Part shown: one piece after another, positions 1-7,942 of the stretch
Layout: each line of letters starts with the position of its first letter
How positions within the stretch are numbered: the first letter of the stretch is position 1
Assembly: GCA_050293845.1 (NCBI GenBank)
Contig: JBNKNM010000168.1
Span: 1-12,496 of the forward strand
Direction: 5' to 3'
Length of the DNA stretch: 12,496 bases
DNA from: Pseudobacteriovorax sp.
GTDB lineage: Bacteria; Bdellovibrionota_B; Oligoflexia; Oligoflexales; Oligoflexaceae
The notes under the pieces: model-generated
Database searches by the model: none
What the model was told of the DNA's origin: nothing
Seen by the model: only the letters and a program-made list of their open reading frames with translations
Position numbers and translations under genes: made by a program

Positions 1-25
1 TAGGTAGAAAGACATAGGCTTCAAA

Positions 26-66
26 TTGACAAATAAGTCTGAAAGCGTTTAAACAGAATATAGAAT
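26..66 (+). promoter_or_regulatory. Putative sigma70-type promoter region of the beta-galactosidase gene
   Basis: Perfect TTGACA at 26-31, but only a weak -10 at canonical spacing (TTTAAA/TAAACA, 48-55). An alternative pair is CTGAAA (39-44) with TAGAAT (61-66) at 16 nt spacing. The exact promoter is ambiguous. Confidence 0.4.
40..53. promoter_or_regulatory. LacI/GalR-family operator-like site upstream of beta-galactosidase
   Basis: TGAAAGCGTTTAAA fits the LacI-family pattern TGNAANCGNTTNCA at all but one defined position and overlaps the promoter elements. Its reverse complement matches the site before galT at 11/14. Confidence 0.55.
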
Positions 67-102
67 TCAGTACAAAATTTTTTAATTTGGATCTAATCAC
101 AG

Positions 103-3100
103 ATGGAATACAACATGCGTGAAAACTCTTTCTTTTTAATGATACAGAGAGCGGCAGTGGCAATGCTTTTCCTGCATTTCCTAGGAATCCAATTGTTAGC
201 TGCAGAGTGGGATAATGAACCACGAGTATTTCAAGTCAACCGTATGAAGCCCCATGCAACACTGATGCCTTACGATACTATAGCGCAGGCACAAGAAGGG
301 GATCGTAAAGCTTCTCCTCACTACCACACCTTGAGTGGTACCTGGAAATTTTTACTCGTTGATAAGCCTGCTGACCGGCATAGAACCTTTTTTCGGGATG
401 GCTTTGATTCAACATCATGGAACGATATTAAAGTACCAGGAAGTTGGCAGGTGCAAGGTTACGATTATCCCATCTATACAAATGTAACTTATCCATGGAC
501 AGGATATGAAAATCCTGCACCGCCACAAGCTCCCACCGTTTACAATCCTGTAGGGCATTATCGGAGAAATTTCACCCTACCGGATCACTGGGCTGAGCGC
601 CGGGTGCGCCTGCATTTTGAAGGTGTTGAATCAGCTTTCTATGTATGGGTCAATGGAGTGTATGTGGGATATGCTGAAGATAGCTTCACCTCCGACGAAT
701 TTGACGTGACAGATTATGTCAGAAGCGGTAACAATAATATAAGCGTTCAGGTCTTCCGGTGGAGCGACGCAAGTTGGCTTGAGGATCAGGACTTCATTCG
801 CTTGAGTGGAATATTTCGCGATGTTTTCTTGTATAGCACACCCACGGTGCATCTACAGGATTTCCAAGTGAATGCCGATCTTATAAACAATTATGTCGAT
901 GGCGATTTACAGGCAAAAGTATGGGTGCGCAACGATAATAAAGCTGCCATTTCAAACCACACGGTGGAAATGCATCTTTATGATATGGATGATTCCCCTG
1001 TGATACCACCGGTGAAGCAAACTTTATCTATGACAGGGCATTCCGGTAACGAGGCTACATTGACCTTCCAAAATTATGTAGCAAACCCAGCTAAATGGTC
1101 TGCAGAAAATCCCAATCTCTACAAATTTGTGCTGGTTTTGAAAAATAATAAGGGCGACATTATTGAAACAGAGAGTGCCCGTATCGGGTTCAGAAAAATA
1201 GAACTCAAAAAAGATACCAATGGCATCACTCGCTACTATATAAATAACCAACCCATAAAATTTAAAGGGGTGAATCGGCATGAGCTTGATCCCGACACAG
1301 GCCGTACTGTGAGCTATCAACGGATACTTGAAGATGTTATTTTAATGAAAAAATTTAATATCAATGCTTTAAGAACGTCCCACTATCCTAATAACCCTTA
1401 TATGTATGAAATAGCTGATGAGCTTGGTATCTATATTCTTGATGAAACCAATCTTGAAACTCACGGTGTTAGAGACCGATTGCCACGAAACGATGACAAT
1501 TGGCGGGCAGCATGTGTAGACAGGGCTGCAAACATGCTGCATAGGGATAAAAATCACCCCAGTGTTGTCATGTGGTCGTTGGGTAATGAGGCAGGTAGTG
1601 GTAATGTCTTTAGTTCTATGCGTGATTATATCCATGCCAATGATCGCACAAGACCAGTACACTATGAGGGAGACAGTGCCAACTCTGATGTCTACAGTCG
1701 TATGTATGCTTCGGCAAGGGATGTAGCTTCCTATTCAGATAATAATAGACCTTATGTTCTTTGCGAGTATGCCCATGCCATGGGTAATAGTGTTGGTAAT
1801 CTTTTCAAATATGTTGATGCATTTTATGCTAACCCTCGTTCTTTTGGTGGTTTTATTTGGGACTTTATAGATCAAGGTTTACGAAGAGATAACGGTAACT
1901 ATTTCAATTTTGGTGGGCTTTGGGGCGATAATCCCAACGATGACAATTTTTGCGCCAATGGACTGGTTTCACCTGATAGGAGCTTACAGCCGGAAATTTG
2001 GGAAGTGAAGCACGCTTACCAAAACATTCTTGTTGCCAACGAAGATATTATTAATGGTAAGGTTAAGATCGAAAATAGGTTTAACTTTACAAACATCAAT
2101 CAATTTGCCGGGAAATGGGTCCTCACAGAAGACGGTAGCGAGATACAGAAAGGAACCCTCACCGATAGAGCCTTAGATATAGGGCCCCTTGCTTCTAAAA
2201 TAGTGACTATTCCTTATCTGCCTCCGACTTTAAAGCCAGGAAGTGAGTATAGGCTCACTTTTGAGTTTAGTTTAAAAGAAAGTACTCGGTGGGCTTTAGC
2301 TGGTCATGTTGTTGCCGGAGATCAAATTGATATTCCTTATGAAGTTCCCCAAGTCGAAGCTGTAAACACTTCGTCCTTTCCGTACCTACAGATGAGTGAA
2401 AGCAGCACAAATATTACCTTTAGAGCTCAAGATTTTGCAGTAACGTTTAGTAAAAGCTCCGGTACCATCACTAATTATAACTATAAGGGGAAGACCCTAG
2501 TGAAAGACGGACCGGTTCCCAATTTTTGGCGAGCCCCTATTGATAATGACTGGGGTAACGGCATGTATGGTAGATGTGCAGAATGGCGTCATGCTGGCCA
2601 GAATAGAATACTTACAAACTTGACTGTGGAAAATCTCTCATCGACTGAAAAGCGCTTGCTAGTTATGTTCGATTTGCCCAATGCTGGCAGCTCAAAACTA
2701 AGTATGACTTATACTATTTATGGAAGTGGTGATGTTCTTGTTGATTACACCCTTTCACCGGATAATAGTATGGATGAGATTCCAGAAGTAGGAACCATTC
2801 TTACTTTGCCTGAGGAGCTAAGTAATATCAGATGGTATGGGCGTGGACCTGAAGAAAACTACGTGGATAGGAAAAGAGGTAGCTTTGTTGGAGTTTATGC
2901 TTCAACAGTCAGTGATTTTTATGTTCCATACATGGAAGTTCAGGAAACGGGACAAAGAACCGATGTGCGTTGGTTGACCTTACGTGATAACGATGGCATG
3001 GGTCTATTGGTCGTGGGATCTCCTGTTATGGAAATTAACGCTCTAAACTATACTCCGGAAGATCTTACAGATACGAAGTATCCGTGGGAATTGGTACCTC

Positions 3101-3714
3101 GCGATGATATTTTTCTCAAGGTAACATTGCAGCAGATGGGAGTTGGTGGAGATAATAGTTGGGGAGCACGTCCTCATCCAGAATTCATAAATACAGCTAA
3201 TCGTATTTATAAGCATAGCTTTAGGTTATCTCCCATAGATGATACCAAGAAACCTGATAGAGAAATCGCCAAGGAAGGTTTTCCCAATCTTTGTCAGATT
3301 AATAGCTTATCTGAGGGAAAAACAGCCACAGCTTCAAGCCAAGAATTTGGGAATGAGATCCATAGTGGTAACGATGGCGATTCCTCAACAAGGTGGTGTG
3401 CTGAGAATGGAGCAACTCCCCAGTGGTGGCAAGTTGATTTAGGGAAGGTCCAAACTATTAGTAAGGCTAATATTACATGGGAGTTTGCTAATAAAAAGTA
3501 CGACTATACTATCGATGTATCCACCAATGGAGCCAGCTGGACTCAAGTTGTGGACCGATCTAATAATCCCAGTACCAGCCAATTTCAAGAACATACTTTT
3601 CCTGCGAGTTTAGCTAGGTATGTGAGAATCAACATTGTAGGATTGGAAAGCAACTCATGGGCTAGTTTTTACGAGTTTAACGTTCTTGGAGAAGGATGTA
3701 ACAGTCCTAATTAG
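103..3714 (+). CDS. lacZ: Beta-galactosidase, GH2 LacZ-type, with N-terminal signal peptide and C-terminal F5/8 type C (CBM32-like) domain
   Basis: LacZ motifs PIYTNVTYP, FEGVESAFYVWVNG, WLEDQDFIRLSGIFRDV, GVNRHE, RTSHYPN, ETNLETHG, WSLGNE (acid/base Glu), LCEYAHAMGNS (nucleophile Glu), GGFIWDFIDQ and GVGGDNSW. The C-terminal region from about 3292 has discoidin motifs DGDSSTRW, QWWQVDLG and ARYVRI. The N-terminus is hydrophobic (AAVAMLFLHFLGIQLLA-AEW). The true start may be the ATG at 115, which has GGA 7 nt upstream. Confidence 0.96.
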   Translation: MEYNMRENSFFLMIQRAAVAMLFLHFLGIQLLAAEWDNEPRVFQVNRMKPHATLMPYDTIAQAQEGDRKASPHYHTLSGTWKFLLVDKPADRHRTFFRDGFDSTSWNDIKVPGSWQVQGYDYPIYTNVTYPWTGYENPAPPQAPTVYNPVGHYRRNFTLPDHWAERRVRLHFEGVESAFYVWVNGVYVGYAEDSFTSDEFDVTDYVRSGNNNISVQVFRWSDASWLEDQDFIRLSGIFRDVFLYSTPTVHLQDFQVNADLINNYVDGDLQAKVWVRNDNKAAISNHTVEMHLYDMDDSPVIPPVKQTLSMTGHSGNEATLTFQNYVANPAKWSAENPNLYKFVLVLKNNKGDIIETESARIGFRKIELKKDTNGITRYYINNQPIKFKGVNRHELDPDTGRTVSYQRILEDVILMKKFNINALRTSHYPNNPYMYEIADELGIYILDETNLETHGVRDRLPRNDDNWRAACVDRAANMLHRDKNHPSVVMWSLGNEAGSGNVFSSMRDYIHANDRTRPVHYEGDSANSDVYSRMYASARDVASYSDNNRPYVLCEYAHAMGNSVGNLFKYVDAFYANPRSFGGFIWDFIDQGLRRDNGNYFNFGGLWGDNPNDDNFCANGLVSPDRSLQPEIWEVKHAYQNILVANEDIINGKVKIENRFNFTNINQFAGKWVLTEDGSEIQKGTLTDRALDIGPLASKIVTIPYLPPTLKPGSEYRLTFEFSLKESTRWALAGHVVAGDQIDIPYEVPQVEAVNTSSFPYLQMSESSTNITFRAQDFAVTFSKSSGTITNYNYKGKTLVKDGPVPNFWRAPIDNDWGNGMYGRCAEWRHAGQNRILTNLTVENLSSTEKRLLVMFDLPNAGSSKLSMTYTIYGSGDVLVDYTLSPDNSMDEIPEVGTILTLPEELSNIRWYGRGPEENYVDRKRGSFVGVYASTVSDFYVPYMEVQETGQRTDVRWLTLRDNDGMGLLVVGSPVMEINALNYTPEDLTDTKYPWELVPRDDIFLKVTLQQMGVGGDNSWGARPHPEFINTANRIYKHSFRLSPIDDTKKPDREIAKEGFPNLCQINSLSEGKTATASSQEFGNEIHSGNDGDSSTRWCAENGATPQWWQVDLGKVQTISKANITWEFANKKYDYTIDVSTNGASWTQVVDRSNNPSTSQFQEHTFPASLARYVRINIVGLESNSWASFYEFNVLGEGCNSPN

Positions 3715-3867
3715 GGATATAAATTAACTTTAAAGGGCTTGCATGATTATTAGCGACTCATAAGTTTTTTTCAAAGAGTCGTGGTATCATTGCTTGCCCT
3801 CTTCCTCAATGGTTGTAAATGGCACTGGTGACAGCATCTCTGGTATTTAAGGCTACAAGTTTGTGCC

Positions 3868-4182
3868 TCACAACTCCTTCACCAAGGCTTTGCACAGGCG
3901 TAGCAAAAAACCTTCTGGCTTTTGATTCTCTAACAGAAGCTCTAATTCGCTGTTGTCAAAGTAAATCCCCGAGCAGGTATTGCATTTATCTATTTTGATA
4001 CCTGAAATATCTGTTTCTTTTAGATTATGACCACACTTGGGGCATTTCATCCAATGCAGCTTTTTCATGGTCAGCTGTTCTTGCTGCTGTTTTTCAGCGA
4101 TCCACTTTAACTTGTTTTTTTCTATTAATTCTCGGTTTAGTCTATAGAAATATTCTTCTTCAGCTGTCGAGTGATAGTTCAT
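3868..4182 (-). CDS. zf-TFIIB-like zinc-ribbon domain protein
   Basis: N-terminal EEEYF motif and a charged helical segment, then MKCPKCG...IDKCNTCSGIYFDNSELE, typical of the bacterial zf-TFIIB family. AAGGA Shine-Dalgarno 5 nt before the ATG. Confidence 0.88.
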   Translation of the reverse strand: MNYHSTAEEEYFYRLNRELIEKNKLKWIAEKQQQEQLTMKKLHWMKCPKCGHNLKETDISGIKIDKCNTCSGIYFDNSELELLLENQKPEGFLLRLCKALVKEL

Positions 4183-4818
4183 AATAATCCTTCACTGAAA
4201 ACGTGTCCTACTTGCTCTGCATGTTTCCATCAGGCAAGTAGTATCATATTAATAAATGCAAGGCCTTTCGGGTAAGACCTGGTCAAAATTATAATGATCA
4301 TGATAGTGAAACAAGTATTGTGATTTATAGTTTTTTACCGCAACGCCATACGGTCAGTTATATTTCCGCTAAAAATACCTTCACCAATTTATAAATAGGT
4401 ATTAGCTCATATCGGCTTTGAGTCTTGCTAGATTTATATTTTTGGTAATTTTTTATGACAACGCCATAATTCCTAAGGATCACACATGAAAAACAGCCTA
4501 CTGAGCAAAAGTTTATTTTAATTAAAGTACATGAGCCTATATCACTCTAGGAAATGGATTCTTTGTAGGGGCTCCGTCATACTGGTCGTCAACCTGAGAA
4601 CAACGAAATTTAGTATGATCGAATCTCGCTTCAAGTTATGGACTTCCTTGACAGTACCTTGAGAAGTGACGGGATCGATGATCCAATCTATTTTCTATCA
4701 GTAGTATCTGCTCGTGAACGTCGGTAGTCATAAGCAGGTATGAATGCGCCCTGTTTATACAAAAATTAGCTACATGGCTGGCTGTTTGCGTTGTTTTTTC
4801 TTTCTAGCTTGTTAAAGA

Positions 4819-4832
4819 TTAAAACGCTTGCT
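4819..4832. promoter_or_regulatory. LacI/GalR-family operator-like site upstream of galT
   Basis: TTAAAACGCTTGCT has the central AAACGCTT core and is 11/14 identical to TTTAAACGCTTTCA (reverse complement of 40-53). It lies about 75 nt before the galT start. Confidence 0.45.
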
Positions 4833-4906
4833 CAATTTAAGCAGAGTCGGTAAATATTCTTACCAGGCAAGTCCAGTAAAGTCACAGTAACCCTGAGGAG
4901 AATTAA

Positions 4907-5950
4907 ATGAATCAGGAGTTTTCAGCAGCCGATCATCCTCATCGACGTCGGAACCCACTTACGGATGAGTGGGTACTGGTATCACCTCACCGAGCTAAAC
5001 GTCCTTGGCAAGGTCAATCGGAAATGGTTGATACTCCACGGCTTAGTTCCTACGAGTCAGAATGTTTTTTATGTCCCGGAAACCGGCGTATGAATGGGGA
5101 TAGCAATCCCCAATATCAGGGAACGTTTGTGTTTAGTAACGATTTTGCTGCATTGCAAGCGAAGACGCCTGAGTTTCGCGCCCATGATCCCCTTTTTAGT
5201 GTTGAATCAGAAAGGGGTTGTTCAAGAGTCATTTGTTTTTCCCCAGATCACAGTTTGACTTTACCAGAACTTCAGCTTGGCCAATTGACAGGCGTGGTCG
5301 ATACTTGGGTTGAGCAATCGGTTGAGTTGGGTGATAATTTTCGCTGGGTACAAATTTTCGAAAACAAAGGTGCAATGATGGGTTGTTCCATGCCCCATCC
5401 CCATGGCCAAGTCTGGGCGCAACAACACCTGCCAAGCCTGGCACAAAAGGAACTTTACTGTCAAGATCGTTATTTTGAGCAAAACCATAGTAGACTGCTT
5501 TTGGACTATGCGGAGCGAGAAATGCAAGATAAGTCTCGTATTGTGGCGCAAAATGATGATTGGTTGGTGGTCGTACCGTTCTGGGCAGGATGGCCCTTTG
5601 AAACCCTGTTGTTACCAAAGTTTCCGGTATCCTGGTTGCACCAGTTAAGAAAGTCCCAACGAATTTCACTAGCAAGTATGATTAAAGATATTACAACCCG
5701 CTACGATAATCTGTTCCAGTGTTCGTTTCCCTATTCTATGGGATGGCATAGTGCTCCATATGGTGACATTCAGAATGATTCTTGGCAGCTACATGCCCAC
5801 TTTTTTCCCCCATTGTTACGATCGGCAACAGTGAGAAAGTTCATGGTAGGTTACGAAATGATGGCAGAACCTCAGCGAGACCTCACGCCAGAACAAGCAG
5901 CTGAAAAATTAGCGCTTTGCTCTGATATTCATTATAAGGTTACACGTTAA
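4907..5950 (+). CDS. galT: Galactose-1-phosphate uridylyltransferase (class I)
   Basis: [29 protein letters not shown]-terminus, CFLCPGN zinc knuckle, [18 protein letters not shown] active-site HPH, and [31 protein letters not shown]-terminus. GAGGAG RBS upstream. Confidence 0.98.
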   Translation: MNQEFSAADHPHRRRNPLTDEWVLVSPHRAKRPWQGQSEMVDTPRLSSYESECFLCPGNRRMNGDSNPQYQGTFVFSNDFAALQAKTPEFRAHDPLFSVESERGCSRVICFSPDHSLTLPELQLGQLTGVVDTWVEQSVELGDNFRWVQIFENKGAMMGCSMPHPHGQVWAQQHLPSLAQKELYCQDRYFEQNHSRLLLDYAEREMQDKSRIVAQNDDWLVVVPFWAGWPFETLLLPKFPVSWLHQLRKSQRISLASMIKDITTRYDNLFQCSFPYSMGWHSAPYGDIQNDSWQLHAHFFPPLLRSATVRKFMVGYEMMAEPQRDLTPEQAAEKLALCSDIHYKVTR

Positions 5951-6010
5951 TGAAAGTATTGTCTTACATTTTGAGTTAGTCTCCCATTAATAACTAGAAA
6001 AGAGAGAAAA

Positions 6011-7207
6011 ATGACAACGCTAACTAATGAAAAAAATTTAATAGTAAAACTTGGTCAAGAGTTTGAATCTTATTTTTCTAGATCTCCTGATGGTATTTTT
6101 AAAGCACCCGGTCGGGTTAATCTAATAGGTGAACATACCGACTATAATGATGGTTTTGTGCTTCCCGTAGCTATTGATCGCTTCACCTGGGTAGCGGCAG
6201 CTAAAAGAAAGGATAAACTTGTAAATGCGGTAGCATTAGACATAGATGACTCTCATGTAACTTTCTCCCTTGATGAGAAAATAAGTCATGAAACCCAGGA
6301 ACTCTGGGGGAATTACTTGAAGGGTGTTGTTAAAGAATTAGTGCAGCATGAATATTCCCTATCTGGTATGGATATAGCGATATCTGGAAATGTACCGCAG
6401 GGTGCTGGTCTTAGTTCTTCAGCCTCATTCGAGATGGCGATAGTAGCAGCCTTTTCCAGTATTAATAATTTTCCTATTGATGGTAAGAATGCAGCACGTA
6501 TAGGTCAAGCAGCAGAAAACGATTTTGTTGGTTGTAAGTGTGGGATCATGGATCAGCTCATCGCAGCCCTAGGCAAAGAGGGACATGCTATGCTTTTGGA
6601 TTGTCGGAGCCTAGATACCCGGCTTGTTCCCATTCCTGAAAATTGCGAGCTTGTTATTGTTAATTCAAAGATTAAACGAGGACTTGTGGAAAGCGAGTAT
6701 AATACCCGGCGCCAGCAGTGTGAAGAGGCCGCAGCATTTTTTGGCATCAAAGCTTTGAGAGATCTGGATCTACCAGCACTAGAGGCCGCACAGAGTAAGC
6801 TCGACCCTATTATTTTCAAGAGAGCAAAACATATAGTAACGGAAAATAGGAGGACTTTATTAGCGGCTGACGCATTAGCATCGAAAGATTTGCCGTTAAT
6901 GGGCGAATTGATGGCGGCTTCCCATGTTTCCATGCGTGACGATTTTGCGATTACTGTGCCGGCTATTGATCAGCTTGTGGAAATCATGCAAGGAGTAATC
7001 GGCAGTCAGGGGGGAGTGCGGATGACAGGGGGCGGATTTGGAGGTTGTGCCATTGGTCTTATACCCACAACCATGCGTGAGGAACTCATAAAGGTGGTTG
7101 AGGATGAGTATCCGACTGCAACTGGTTTACAACCTGAGATTTACGTTTGCTCCGCAAGTGATGGTGGTTTGGTGTCCCGAGAACAGACCGATCGAGCTTC
7201 GCAGTAA
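6011..7207 (+). CDS. galK: Galactokinase
   Basis: Signature APGRVNLIGEHTDYNDGFVLP, GHMP ATP loop VPQGAGLSSSA, CGIMDQ and RMTGGGFGGC. Lies 60 nt downstream of galT on the same strand. Confidence 0.98.
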   Translation: MTTLTNEKNLIVKLGQEFESYFSRSPDGIFKAPGRVNLIGEHTDYNDGFVLPVAIDRFTWVAAAKRKDKLVNAVALDIDDSHVTFSLDEKISHETQELWGNYLKGVVKELVQHEYSLSGMDIAISGNVPQGAGLSSSASFEMAIVAAFSSINNFPIDGKNAARIGQAAENDFVGCKCGIMDQLIAALGKEGHAMLLDCRSLDTRLVPIPENCELVIVNSKIKRGLVESEYNTRRQQCEEAAAFFGIKALRDLDLPALEAAQSKLDPIIFKRAKHIVTENRRTLLAADALASKDLPLMGELMAASHVSMRDDFAITVPAIDQLVEIMQGVIGSQGGVRMTGGGFGGCAIGLIPTTMREELIKVVEDEYPTATGLQPEIYVCSASDGGLVSREQTDRASQ

Positions 7208-7942
7208 ACATACTTGATCGCCTATATGCATGGTTTTTTATAGTTAGACTGCCATGATTGTGTTGAGTTGTACACAATCTCTGTGTGAGGGAGGTATCCT
7301 TAATGGGGGCAGCTTATATGTTGCAAAATAGTTATGGGGTATTTTAAGCTAAAAATGGAACGCTTTATACCATGTTCCATTGAGCTGCGAAATAAGTGCA
7401 TAAGACGATTTCGCAGTAGATCTTAGCAACTTTTCGAAGTACTAACATTATCACCTGGCAGAATAAGGCGTGGTTCCGGTTTATTTAAATCTTTCGATAA
7501 ACTTTATAATATATAAGCAAGGTCTTTAATAAAGCTTCTTGCAACAAATGGAATTTTTCTTGCATAAAATTATGACAGGAATTAAAAAACTTTGAACTTT
7601 CATCTCTCGATGTTAATCAATTCGGATATATAGAGAATTTCCCGTTTGTTCATTAGCTTTCTGCTTTAGGTTTTGGAGAAAAGTGACATCTTTAAGGGTA
7701 ACAGCAGTCAGCGGCACTATGGCTCGCAGTTAGATGAAGCATCTTCTTGAGTGCAGCAAGTGGTTTCTTAGTGCGTCAATTATTTCATGGTTCCGCATCA
7801 CGTTTTTTAAAGACCGGGATCTGGGATTATAATCAGGGGCTTACTCAGCCTTTTGCATTTATAAAAATACTCCAAAAAAATTGCATAATTTATACAGTAC
7901 AACCGTTTCACTACTGTTAAAAACTAAATTGAGGAAGTTCAA

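Noticed and set aside
631..3442. ORFs 631-852, 1024-1320, 1369-1662 (-) and 3239-3442 (+)
   Set aside because: Shadow frames inside the strongly supported beta-galactosidase, with no recognisable motifs.
4216..4233. CUGAUG...GAAAC on the minus strand resembling a hammerhead ribozyme core
   Set aside because: Lacks the A of CUGAUGA and has no stem II between the two core elements. It is a simple hairpin.
4522..4800. Possible decayed coding sequence upstream of galT
   Set aside because: The frames I translated on both strands have scattered stops and no family I can recognise.
5229..7277. ORFs 5229-5675, 5261-5551, 5403-5648, 6553-6933 and 7086-7277
   Set aside because: Overlap galT or galK in alternative or antisense frames with no independent coding evidence.
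7420..7800. Broken minus-strand frames (MRNHEIIDALRNHLL..., MKVQSFLIPVIILC...)
   Set aside because: Short, interrupted and without identifiable homology, so no call can be supported.
7894..7917. ACAGTA-N12-TACTGT palindrome and operator-like ACAACCGTTTCAC before the protease
   Set aside because: Orientation and spacing do not fit a LexA box, and the match to the LacI pattern is out of register.
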